From: an uncultured bacterium | GTDB lineage: Bacteria > Babelota > Babeliae > Babelales > CAIQNR01 | Reading direction: 5' to 3' | DNA: 57,925 nucleotides | Assembly (NCBI GenBank): GCA_903873255.1 | Contig: CAIQNR010000039.1 | Location: 1 to 57,925, forward strand | Part shown: piece by piece, positions 46,868-56,123 of the stretch | Position numbering within the stretch: the first letter of the stretch is position 1 | Layout of the letters: the number at the start of each line of letters is the position of its first letter | Translations under genes and position numbers: made by a program | Notes under the pieces: generated by a model | What the model saw: the letters and a program-made list of their open reading frames with translations, nothing else | Told to the model about the DNA's origin: nothing | Databases searched by the model: none

Positions 46868-47512
46868 ATGAAGAAAATGCATGGATTGCTGCTACCCTTG
46901 ATAGTATTTTTTGGAGCACAGGCAAGCGATAGTCAAGAAAAACAATCGGTTATTAGAACAGGTGCATGGAAGAAATTTGAAGATAATATTGATTATTATA
47001 TAACGTCTCAAAACCCTACATTTTCTAGAAAAGATAGAAAAGATGCATATGATAATTTTAAAGATATTAAAGGTTCTTTAAAAGAGATTTTATCAAATAA
47101 AGGTGTGCTTGCTGATGATCTTAAAAAGAGTAATTACCTAGAGTCTTTAGGAAATAATTTTGTTGCTCTTAGTAGAATAACACCAGAAGAAGTTCATGGA
47201 TCTTTAAAAGTTTTAGATAATGGAATTGTTCAATTGTATGCACATTATAGTAGGTATCCTACAAGTGTGACAGCTCCTGACTATAGGCTTGCAAGTAATA
47301 GAGAAAATGAACATGTGCAGTTGTATGAACATTTAAAAACAGTGGATGCTTTTTTAAAGAATGATATTTGTTTAAGCGTGCGAATTAAACAAGCGCGTGA
47401 AAGATGTTCTTATATTTATTTAGCTGGATATACCGCTCGAAAATATAGTGGTCTTTTGGGAGCAGCAACTGGAACAGCAGTAGTTGGTTTAACTGTTAAA
47501 TATCTTGGCTGA
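46868..47512 (+). CDS. hypothetical secreted protein with C-terminal hydrophobic anchor
   Basis: 214 aa with GGAG upstream, a signal peptide, and the C-terminus GLLGAATGTAVVGLTV. Confidence 0.5.
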   Translation: MKKMHGLLLPLIVFFGAQASDSQEKQSVIRTGAWKKFEDNIDYYITSQNPTFSRKDRKDAYDNFKDIKGSLKEILSNKGVLADDLKKSNYLESLGNNFVALSRITPEEVHGSLKVLDNGIVQLYAHYSRYPTSVTAPDYRLASNRENEHVQLYEHLKTVDAFLKNDICLSVRIKQARERCSYIYLAGYTARKYSGLLGAATGTAVVGLTVKYLG

Positions 47513-47588
47513 TTTTTGTTCTCTACAAAATAAAATGCTTCGACGTTATACCTTTGGGTGTTGCATCGGAGCATTTTTTTTAAATGGC

Positions 47589-48101
47589 TTATTTTTTTGC
47601 AAAGTAGGGGAGTAGTTTTTTGTAGAGTGTTGGCAGATCGGTTGATATTGTTTTTACGCCGGCAAGTGTTGGTAAAAAGTTGGTATCGCCAAGCCAACGA
47701 GGCAGTACATGCATATGCAGATGGGAGGGGATGCCAGCTCCTGCAGCTTTGCCCATATTGAGTCCGACATTTAGACCTTCGCACTTCATTTCTTTTTGTA
47801 AAATCTGAGTGCAAAAATTGAGCACATTTATTATTTCTATGCGGGCTTCATCCGAAAGGTCGAATAAATTTTTTTTGTGCACGTATGGGATGATGAGAAG
47901 GTGGCCGGGATTGTAGGGGTAGCGATTTAATATTACAAAGCAGTGAGTATAGCGGTGGAGGAGGAAAACTTCTTCATCATTGGGATGTGCTTGGACGTTG
48001 CAAAAAACGCAGATATCGGAACCTGCATCTTCTTGTCCTTTTTTTTCTTGCCCTATTGTTGCCGCATAGTCTTCTCGCCATGGAGCATACAGTATTTCCA
48101 T
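47589..48101 (-). CDS. HIT family hydrolase (canonical triad)
   Basis: 170 aa with the intact motif PSHLHMHVLPRW, and NRYPYNPGHLLIIP. Confidence 0.85.
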   Translation of the reverse strand: MEILYAPWREDYAATIGQEKKGQEDAGSDICVFCNVQAHPNDEEVFLLHRYTHCFVILNRYPYNPGHLLIIPYVHKKNLFDLSDEARIEIINVLNFCTQILQKEMKCEGLNVGLNMGKAAGAGIPSHLHMHVLPRWLGDTNFLPTLAGVKTISTDLPTLYKKLLPYFAKK

Positions 48102-48196
48102 TATTCATCCCTTTTATATGATTTAAAACGTTTTTTGAGTAGCGTTCAGATCAGTGTAACTGCTTTGATATGCAAATTTAAATCTTTTATGCTCCC

Positions 48197-48224
48197 TTGC
48201 CAACAATTTCATATGTGCTATTGT
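48197..48224 (+). promoter_or_regulatory. candidate sigma70-type promoter for the glycan operon
   Basis: TTGCCA (48197-48202), a 16-nt spacer, then TATTGT (48219-48224), about 40 nt upstream of wecB. This is a consensus match only. Confidence 0.3.
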
Positions 48225-48264
48225 ATTTTCACGAGATCTAAGGGGGATTGAGTAAGGAGTTACT

Positions 48265-49455
48265 ATGCGCCCGGTCATGCTAGTTGTTGGTACAAGACCA
48301 GAAGGTATCAAGATGTTACCTATCTATCTAGCGCTACAACAAGCGAATATTCCCGTTATACTTTGTTCAACATCCCAGCATACAACATTACTTGCCGATG
48401 TTTTTTCTGTTTTTAATATAACTCCTGACATCGATTTAAACATTATGAAAAATCATCAAGATCTTTTTCATATTACAACAACCGTGCTTCATGAAATGAA
48501 ACATGTATTTAAAGAAGCAGACCCAGCACTTGTACTTGTTCAAGGTGATACTACCACTGTAATGGCAACAGGAATGGCTGCATTTTATACTCATATTCCT
48601 GTTGGCCATGTAGAAGCCGGTCTGCGTACTGGAGATATACAATCACCTTATCCAGAAGAATTTAACCGTCTTTGTTTGAGTCTTACAACTCAGTACCATT
48701 TTGCTCCAACGCCGCAAGCGGCAGCGAATTTACTTGCTGAAGGTAAAAAAAGAGAATCTGTTTTTTGTGTTGGCAATACAGTGGTTGATGCACTTAGAAT
48801 TATAGAACATAAAATTAAAGAAAAAAGTGTTAAAATAAGCTCATTTGTGACAGACTTTTTTAGTAAAGCACATGCACGTGGCAATAACACTGTGCTTTTT
48901 ACCATGCACAGAAGAGAGTCTTTTAATGGTGGTATTCTTAACATACTTAAGGCGCTCAAAACATTTGCTGAAACGCATCCTGATGTTTCGATCATGTATC
49001 CCTACCATCCAAATCCCCATGTAGTCAGTGCGCTTAGAATTGCTGATATTACAAGTGTTGAAAACATTATTCTTGTTGAGCCGCTTTCTTATAAAGATTT
49101 AGCTTACGTTCTTCTTACTATAGATGTGGTAGCAACCGATTCTGGGGGGATTCAAGAAGAGGCAGTAAGTTTAGGTAAAAAAGTTTTAATTTTGCGTGAA
49201 AAAAGTGAAAGAATGGAAGGTGTTTGGGAAGGCCTTGCTGTTCTTGTGGGGTGCAATCCTGAAAAGTTTATACATGAGCTACAGAAAGCATTGCTTGCTA
49301 GTGCTTATGACATAACTAAAAAAAATATATATGGCGATGGGTTTGCAGCTGAAAAAATTGTAAAAATTATTCAAACATATTACAGCGAATATTCAGATAT
49401 GCAGGTACCATTAAAGCATGATCTGAACCGCGTAAGTGAGGAGAGAAAATTATGA
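48265..49455 (+). CDS. wecB: UDP-N-acetylglucosamine 2-epimerase (non-hydrolysing type)
   Basis: VVGTRPEGIKM, LVLVQGDTTT, HVEAGLRT, DSGGIQEEA. Confidence 0.9.
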   Translation: MRPVMLVVGTRPEGIKMLPIYLALQQANIPVILCSTSQHTTLLADVFSVFNITPDIDLNIMKNHQDLFHITTTVLHEMKHVFKEADPALVLVQGDTTTVMATGMAAFYTHIPVGHVEAGLRTGDIQSPYPEEFNRLCLSLTTQYHFAPTPQAAANLLAEGKKRESVFCVGNTVVDALRIIEHKIKEKSVKISSFVTDFFSKAHARGNNTVLFTMHRRESFNGGILNILKALKTFAETHPDVSIMYPYHPNPHVVSALRIADITSVENIILVEPLSYKDLAYVLLTIDVVATDSGGIQEEAVSLGKKVLILREKSERMEGVWEGLAVLVGCNPEKFIHELQKALLASAYDITKKNIYGDGFAAEKIVKIIQTYYSEYSDMQVPLKHDLNRVSEERKL

Positions 49456-50816
49456 AAAAAGTGTGTGTAGCAGGGCTCGGTTATATTGGGCTTCCAACTG
49501 CTATTTTAGCTGCTCAGTCAGGTCTTTCTGTGGTAGGGGTTGATGTTGATGCAAAGCGTGTTAAAAACATCAATGCAATGATATCTCCGATAGAAGAACC
49601 TGAAGTAGAAAAAAGATTGGGTATCGTAATTACTAATGGATCTTTTAAGGCACAAACACACTATGAAACAGCAGATTATTATATTATTGCAGTACCAACA
49701 CCATTTACCGAAGATAAACGTGCCGATCTTTCATATGTTTTTGATTCAGCGCGTTCTATTGTAGCGGTGCTTAAAAAAGGTGATACGGTTATTTTAGAAT
49801 CAACCGTGCCAGTTGGTACTACAAAATTACTTACTGAGTTTTTATCGCGTGAAACACAACTTAAGTCAGGTACAGATTTTTTTGTTGCGCATTGTCCAGA
49901 GCGTGTACTTCCAGGTAACACCTTTCATGAGCTTCAAGTTAATGACCGTGTAATTGGTGGAATAGATCGTGGGTCAACACGACATGTTGCAACATTTTAT
50001 AAAAACTTTGTCAGTGGTGATTTATATCTTACAACGGCAGAAGCTGCAGAAATGACTAAGCTTGTAGAAAATTCATACCGTGACATTACTATTGCAATTT
50101 CGCATCAAGTGGCTTCTATGGCATATGAAGTTGGTCTTGATCCTTATGAAATTATTGAACTTGCAAACAAACATCCAAGAGTAAAAATGCTTAAGCCAAC
50201 TTGTGGTGTTGGTGGCCATTGTTTGGCTGTTGATCCTTGGTTTTTGATAGAAACATTTCCAAAACAAACTGCACTTCTTAAAGCGGCTCGTGAGATTAAT
50301 GACAACAAGCCATTTGAGGTTATTAGCCGTATAGAAAAAAAAGTACAGGAATGGAAAGATTCTCATGAAAAAGATTCTTGTACGGTGCTTGTTCTTGGTC
50401 TGACCTATAAAGCAAACGTAGATGATATTCGTGAATCGCCAGCTATGACCATTGCAAAAGAGCTTGTTGGTAAGAAAAATTTTGATGTACTCGTATGCGA
50501 TCCACATGTTTCATCAAGTCGTTTAGAGTCATTGCTTGCAAATTGCAAAACAACACTTGTTGAGGGAATTGCAAAGGCAGATCTTATTGTGTGTTTAGTT
50601 GCTCATGATGAGTTTAAAATTATTGATAAAAAAGTTATTGCACATAAAAAAGTTCTCGATTTCTGCGGTATATTCCATCTTGGAAGAAAACATTCTTGTG
50701 ATCAAGAACAATTTTTTTGGCCTGCTAGTGGTATAGATTCTTTTGAACAAGACACTATTGCTTCGTATAAACTACATGAATTTGGGCTAATAAAGGAACG
50801 GGAGAAAAGTGAATGA
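49452..50816 (+). CDS. wecC: UDP-N-acetyl-D-mannosamine (nucleotide-sugar) dehydrogenase
   Basis: Rossmann motif VAGLGYIGLPTA, the catalytic Cys region GVGGHCL, and the UDPG_MGDP_dh C-domain. ATGA overlap with wecB. Confidence 0.85.
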   Translation: MKKVCVAGLGYIGLPTAILAAQSGLSVVGVDVDAKRVKNINAMISPIEEPEVEKRLGIVITNGSFKAQTHYETADYYIIAVPTPFTEDKRADLSYVFDSARSIVAVLKKGDTVILESTVPVGTTKLLTEFLSRETQLKSGTDFFVAHCPERVLPGNTFHELQVNDRVIGGIDRGSTRHVATFYKNFVSGDLYLTTAEAAEMTKLVENSYRDITIAISHQVASMAYEVGLDPYEIIELANKHPRVKMLKPTCGVGGHCLAVDPWFLIETFPKQTALLKAAREINDNKPFEVISRIEKKVQEWKDSHEKDSCTVLVLGLTYKANVDDIRESPAMTIAKELVGKKNFDVLVCDPHVSSSRLESLLANCKTTLVEGIAKADLIVCLVAHDEFKIIDKKVIAHKKVLDFCGIFHLGRKHSCDQEQFFWPASGIDSFEQDTIASYKLHEFGLIKEREKSE

Positions 50817-52978
50817 GACAAGTATTTTTAGAAAATGGTGTACTAGTTGTGCATAATGTTGCGCAACCACATTTAGATGAGCGTTCTATTCTGGTATCAA
50901 TTCATTATTCGTTTATTAGTTCTGGTACAGAAGCCGCTACAGTTGCTAATGCAAAGCAAAGTACCTTGTTCCATAATGTTCCTCATAAAATTAAAGCAGT
51001 TCTTCAATCACTGGCTCAAAATGGAGTTGAAGGAACTCAAGCATTAATACGTAGTAAATTAAAAGGCACACTCCAGGCGCTTGGTTATTCTTGTTCAGGG
51101 AAAGTGATAGCAGTTGGCAGCAAGGTTACCAAATTTAGACCAGGTGATTTTGTTGCATGTGCCGGTGCTGGTTGGGCAAATCATGCAGATGTGGTTTGTA
51201 TCCCAGAAAATCTAGCAGTTGCTATACAAAATGAATCGATGGTTAAATATGCAAGCATCACAACTATTGGTGCAATTGCACTTCAAGGTGTTCGTCGAGC
51301 ACAGGTGCAACTTGGTGAAATAGTAGCTGTGGTAGGACTTGGTCTTTTAGGTCAAATTACCGTTGAACTTCTTAAAAATTCAGGATGCGTAGTTATAGGG
51401 ATTGACTTTTTAGAAGATAGATTGGCGCTTGCAAAAGAGCTTGGTGCTGATTATGTTTTTACAAGTTCAGATCAAGTGCAAAAAGAGATTGAATTTATCA
51501 CCAAACACAAGGGTGTTGATTGTACTATTATCACAGCAGCAACAGAAAGCAGCGAAGTAGTTCAAGCAGTAATGGAATACACTCGCCGTAAAGGTAGGGT
51601 TGTGGTTGTTGGTGATGTTGGCCTTCATTTGCAAAGAAATCCACTCTACAAAAAAGAAATTGATTTCTTAATTTCATGTTCATATGGTCCAGGCCGTTAT
51701 GATACAGCTTACGAACTTGATGGTCGCGATTATCCTTATGATTATGTTCGATGGACAGAAAATAGAAATATGGAAGCCATTGTTTCTTTAATTCAGAATA
51801 AGAAATTGGCTGTTGCAAAGTTGGCAACACAAGAATTCCATATTGAAGACGTTGCTAAAGCATATGAAGAAATTAAAGCTAAAAGAGCTCTTGGAGTAAT
51901 TCTAAAATATACACCAAAAAGTGATATTTCATTTATTCCAGCAGTAAAAAAGCCTTTTAAAGATAAAAATATTGTCTTTCCTTTTTTTACTCAAAAACAG
52001 ATGGTCCGTGTTGGTTTTATTGGTGCTGGCGGATTTGCACAGGTAAAATTATTACCCATTGTTTCTAAGGTAGAAGGTGTAAAAATTGCAGCAATTGTTG
52101 ATGCAAATGTTACTAATGCAGAAAATACAAGTCGTACTTATGGTGCGGCAGTTTCGTTGGTGAACGATACTGAATTATTTACAAAAGATATTATTGATGC
52201 AGTTGTAATAGCATCTCCACATATTTTCCATTGTGATCAAATTATAGAAGCTCTTGAACATGGCAAAGCTGTGTTTGTAGAAAAGCCGATGGTAACAACA
52301 TTTGATCAGCATGAAAAACTAAGTGCTTTTCTTAAAAAAAATCCAACAGCACCATTCTGTGTTGATTATAATCGTTCCTTTGCTCCCTTTATACAAAAAA
52401 TAAAGTGGGAACTTGTAAGTCGCAAGACGCCAGTTATGATCCATTATCGTATGAATTCTGGATATATTCCTGGTAGTCATTGGGTGCAAACCGATATGGG
52501 CGCAGGGCGTTTAATTGGTGAAGCATGTCACATATTTGATCTTTTCTGTTTTTTAACAGGATCCCAACCGGTTAGTGTTTCTGCAGAAGCCATTAAGCCT
52601 TTGAGTGATAATTTGTTTCCTACTGATAATTTTACTGTGCAAATATCATTTAAAGATGGATCTGTTTGTTCATTGTTATATACAGCATTGGGACATAGTG
52701 GCCTTGGCAAAGAATATATGGAAGTTTTTTATGATGGTAAATCTATTGTAATGGATGATTACAAAGTTCTTAAAGGCTATGGGGTTTCGCATAGTTTTAA
52801 TGAAACAATGGCATTCCAAGATAAAGGTCATGAACTTATTTTAAACAAGTTCTTTACAGGTCTTCGGTCAGAACAACGTACAATGCCAATTTCACTCGAA
52901 CGGTTACATACCGTTTCTGAATTGACTTTGATTATTGATAAGTTGGTATGCCAAGGTGGCGGAGAAAAACAGTTTTAA
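50813..52978 (+). CDS. bi-domain oxidoreductase: MDR/zinc-ADH-like domain fused to a Gfo/Idh/MocA domain
   Basis: 721 aa. The N-terminal half is GroES-like plus Rossmann (VAVVGLGLLGQITVELL). The C-terminal half starts VRVGFIGAGGFAQVKLLP and contains VFVEKP, typical of the GFO family. ATGA overlap with wecC. Confidence 0.8.
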   Translation: MRQVFLENGVLVVHNVAQPHLDERSILVSIHYSFISSGTEAATVANAKQSTLFHNVPHKIKAVLQSLAQNGVEGTQALIRSKLKGTLQALGYSCSGKVIAVGSKVTKFRPGDFVACAGAGWANHADVVCIPENLAVAIQNESMVKYASITTIGAIALQGVRRAQVQLGEIVAVVGLGLLGQITVELLKNSGCVVIGIDFLEDRLALAKELGADYVFTSSDQVQKEIEFITKHKGVDCTIITAATESSEVVQAVMEYTRRKGRVVVVGDVGLHLQRNPLYKKEIDFLISCSYGPGRYDTAYELDGRDYPYDYVRWTENRNMEAIVSLIQNKKLAVAKLATQEFHIEDVAKAYEEIKAKRALGVILKYTPKSDISFIPAVKKPFKDKNIVFPFFTQKQMVRVGFIGAGGFAQVKLLPIVSKVEGVKIAAIVDANVTNAENTSRTYGAAVSLVNDTELFTKDIIDAVVIASPHIFHCDQIIEALEHGKAVFVEKPMVTTFDQHEKLSAFLKKNPTAPFCVDYNRSFAPFIQKIKWELVSRKTPVMIHYRMNSGYIPGSHWVQTDMGAGRLIGEACHIFDLFCFLTGSQPVSVSAEAIKPLSDNLFPTDNFTVQISFKDGSVCSLLYTALGHSGLGKEYMEVFYDGKSIVMDDYKVLKGYGVSHSFNETMAFQDKGHELILNKFFTGLRSEQRTMPISLERLHTVSELTLIIDKLVCQGGGEKQF

Positions 52979-53024
52979 TCGGTATTTGTCTTGAATAGTG
53001 TCACTGCATTAATAAAGGAAAAGT

Positions 53025-54047
53025 ATGAACGATATCCGTGTGCATGCAGTAATTTTAGCAGGTGGAAATGGTGAACATCTTTGGCCACTTAGCAGAAAGA
53101 CTCATCCAAAACAAACATTACCTTTTCTTCAAAACACATCACTTCTTGAACAAACAATAGAAAGAATTTCTTCATATATTCCTGAACAGCGGCGTTGGAT
53201 TGTAACAAGTGCAGAGCATGAAGACCATATTTTAGAAAAAGTGGGAAATTTGGTTGCAGGAGTTATTGTGGAGCCAGAAGCTCGCAATACAGCGCCGGCA
53301 ATGTTGCTTGCTGCATTATTAATTCATCAAAATGATCCTGATGCAGTATTGCTGTTTTTACCTTCAGATCATTATATTCCTCAAACAAATCTTTTTTTAG
53401 AATTCGTTTACCATGCCATTGATTTTGTTGCAGAAAATGAAAAAATAACATTGTTTGGTTTGCGACCAACCCATCCATCAACGAGTTATGGCTACATACA
53501 ATATAAAGCGGATCAGCTTTTCCCGGCTCCTGTTGTGCAGTTCCATGAAAAGCCCCATAGTCAGTCAGCTCAGCAGTATTGTGATGATGGCTATTTATGG
53601 AACAGCGGCATTGTAGCATCTCACGTGCAAACATTCATAAATATTTCAAAAGAAGTTGCTCCAGAAATATATGAAGCGGTGTCGGATTATATTCAAGGAT
53701 GTGGTGATTATGCGGATTCACCGTCAGTCTCTGTTGATTATGGCATTATGGAAAAAACTGATAAAGCAACGGTGCTTCCAGCAGATTTTATTTGGCATGA
53801 CATTGGTAATCTCGAAACATTTTTATCACTGCGCAATGCATTTCAATCAGAAGATAATGTTATTCAAATTGATGCAAAAGATAATTTGATAGAAGCAGAA
53901 GGGCTTCTTGTTGCAGTGGTAGGCGTTGATAATTTGTGTGTCATTCAAAAAGATGACATTTTGCTTATTGTGCATCGTGATCAAGTTGAAAAAGTAAAAC
54001 AAATTATAGATACGCTTAAAAAAGGGCATAAAGAGGAATATTTATAA
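53025..54047 (+). CDS. sugar-1-phosphate nucleotidyltransferase (mannose-1-P guanylyltransferase-like, no cupin/PMI domain)
   Basis: ILAGGNGEHLWPLSRKTHPKQTLPF and VEPEARNTAPA. Confidence 0.8.
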   Translation: MNDIRVHAVILAGGNGEHLWPLSRKTHPKQTLPFLQNTSLLEQTIERISSYIPEQRRWIVTSAEHEDHILEKVGNLVAGVIVEPEARNTAPAMLLAALLIHQNDPDAVLLFLPSDHYIPQTNLFLEFVYHAIDFVAENEKITLFGLRPTHPSTSYGYIQYKADQLFPAPVVQFHEKPHSQSAQQYCDDGYLWNSGIVASHVQTFINISKEVAPEIYEAVSDYIQGCGDYADSPSVSVDYGIMEKTDKATVLPADFIWHDIGNLETFLSLRNAFQSEDNVIQIDAKDNLIEAEGLLVAVVGVDNLCVIQKDDILLIVHRDQVEKVKQIIDTLKKGHKEEYL

Positions 54048-54048
54048 T

Positions 54049-56010
54049 ATGTGTGGACTCGGTGGTTATATTAAAACAACAGTGGCGGAATTTTTTGTAG
54101 ATCCGAAAGTTCTTGAAGCAATGCATACAGCAATTGCACATCGTGGGCCAAATGCGCATAAAGTGTGGTTCGACAGAGATCTTGGTGTTGCATTAGTTCA
54201 TCGGCGGCTCAGCATTGTTGATTTAAGCGATGCGGGTATTCAGCCAATGTTTGATAAAGATCGATCCATTGTTATTTGTTTTAATGGTGAAATTTATAAT
54301 TACAAAGCACTTCGCACAGAGCTTGAAGCTTTTGGATATTCTTTTGTATCTCAATCTGATACTGAAGTTTTTTTATATGCATTTAAGCACTGGGGCATTG
54401 CCTGCCTTGATAAATTAGAGGGCATGTTTGCCGGGGTTTTAGGAGATTTACGCACACAAGAATGGTACCTAATTCGTGATCGCATGGGCATCAAGCCGCT
54501 TTATTTTTCGCTTGAAGGTGGATATATTTCTTTTGCTTCTGAAATTAAGGCTCTTACTCTACTTCCCTGGATAAAAAAAGAGCTTAATCATCGCGCTTTG
54601 TACCATTATTTAACCTACATGGTAACACCAGCCCCTTTAACGCTCTATAAAAATATTTATAAAATTCCTGCAGCGCATTATGTAAAAATTGATGCACAAA
54701 AAAATGTTACCTTTCATGAATGGTACTCATTTCTTAAGCCGAGCATTGTGTATGATAAAAAAGATTTAAACAACGAAGAGTTTTGTGTAACAACTATTCG
54801 ATCGCTCATGCGTGAAGCAGTTCAAAAGCGCATGATAGCGGATGTTCCTTTTGGTGTTTTTTTATCGGGTGGCATTGATTCAAGTTTAAATGTTGCGCTT
54901 ATGTCTGAATTTACCGACAGTGTTAAAACTTTTAATGTTTCATTTTCTGATGGTCCTGAATACTCAGAAGTTGAATGGGCGCGCAAAGTAGCAAAATTAT
55001 ATAACACTGAGCATCATGAAATTATGATTTCAGAAAAAGATGCATTCAATTTTTTTGAATCGATGGTTGTATTTCAGGATGAGCCAATCGCCGACTGTGT
55101 CTGCGTTCCGCTCTATTATGTTTCAAAACTGCTTAAAGATTCTGGGGTAACAGTAGTGCAAGTTGGAGAAGGTTCCGATGAGCTCTATTGTGGCTATCAA
55201 AATTATGCCAACTATTTAGATGCTTATAAAAAGTACTATCAACCAGCACGGTATATTCCCCAATCGGTAAAACAAGCCGGCGTATGGCTTGCAGCACAAG
55301 CGTTTCCAACCAAGACGTACCATAGGTCCCTTCTTGAACAATGGGCTTCAGGGCACCATCTTTTTTGGAGTGGGGCGATGGCATTTCAGGAACTTAGCAA
55401 AAAAAGTTTATATACCGGCTCCAATGTCTGTGAGTATGACCCAATACTTGAACGTATCTACCCAGGATTTGATCAATCGCTTGATAGTTATGCAGTTGTT
55501 GATTACCACTTAAAAAAATTATATGAGCAAGATCCTCAAGCAGATTTTTTAAAATCGATGATTTATTTAGAGTTAAAGCAACGACTTCCTGAACTTCTTT
55601 TAATGCGCGTAGACAAAATGACCATGGCAACGTCAGTAGAAGGGCGGGTGCCATTTTTAGATCATAAGCATGTTGAATTTGCATTGCAGGTGCCAACCCA
55701 TTTGAAGTATAAAAATGGCGAAACCAAATATATTCTTAAAAAAGCATGTGAAGGTATTTTGCCTCATGATGTTATCTACCGTAAAAAAGTTGGCTTTGCA
55801 GCACCCATTACCCGCTGGTTTAAAGAAGGTACCTATTTTAGACCTTATTTTAAAGAACTGATGCATTCAAAAATGGCTAGCGGTAACCAATTCTTTGCAG
55901 TACAAGATATTGAGCTTATGCTTGCTCGAACTGAAAATAATCAAATAGACCATTCGGTCCATTTATGGGTTTTACAAAACATTTTAGCTCATGAACTATT
56001 CTTAAAATAA
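54049..56010 (+). CDS. asparagine synthase (glutamine-hydrolysing)-family amidotransferase
   Basis: Ntn Cys2 (MCGLGG), the PP-loop FLSGGIDSS, 653 aa. It starts 1 nt after the previous stop. Confidence 0.9.
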   Translation: MCGLGGYIKTTVAEFFVDPKVLEAMHTAIAHRGPNAHKVWFDRDLGVALVHRRLSIVDLSDAGIQPMFDKDRSIVICFNGEIYNYKALRTELEAFGYSFVSQSDTEVFLYAFKHWGIACLDKLEGMFAGVLGDLRTQEWYLIRDRMGIKPLYFSLEGGYISFASEIKALTLLPWIKKELNHRALYHYLTYMVTPAPLTLYKNIYKIPAAHYVKIDAQKNVTFHEWYSFLKPSIVYDKKDLNNEEFCVTTIRSLMREAVQKRMIADVPFGVFLSGGIDSSLNVALMSEFTDSVKTFNVSFSDGPEYSEVEWARKVAKLYNTEHHEIMISEKDAFNFFESMVVFQDEPIADCVCVPLYYVSKLLKDSGVTVVQVGEGSDELYCGYQNYANYLDAYKKYYQPARYIPQSVKQAGVWLAAQAFPTKTYHRSLLEQWASGHHLFWSGAMAFQELSKKSLYTGSNVCEYDPILERIYPGFDQSLDSYAVVDYHLKKLYEQDPQADFLKSMIYLELKQRLPELLLMRVDKMTMATSVEGRVPFLDHKHVEFALQVPTHLKYKNGETKYILKKACEGILPHDVIYRKKVGFAAPITRWFKEGTYFRPYFKELMHSKMASGNQFFAVQDIELMLARTENNQIDHSVHLWVLQNILAHELFLK

Positions 56011-56123
56011 GCCTATTTCATTGTTGGCTTCCTTTATTAGATAGGGCTTTTGCATCAATTTGACCTTTTGTTATTCTAAAAGAGTGGAAGAGATAGCAAA
56101 CCGGCCCTATTTTTAGGATTAAT

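Noticed and set aside
47416-47814. 132-aa minus-strand ORF
   Set aside because: It overlaps the 3' end of the + gene 46868-47512 and most of the HIT gene in another frame. The sequence is Arg/Cys-rich and nonsense-like. The HIT frame carries the conserved motifs.
50073-50507. 144-aa minus-strand ORF inside wecC. The 123-aa ORF at 53263-53634 inside the nucleotidyltransferase gene is a similar case.
   Set aside because: Both are antisense shadows of conserved enzymes in AT-rich DNA, with no independent support.
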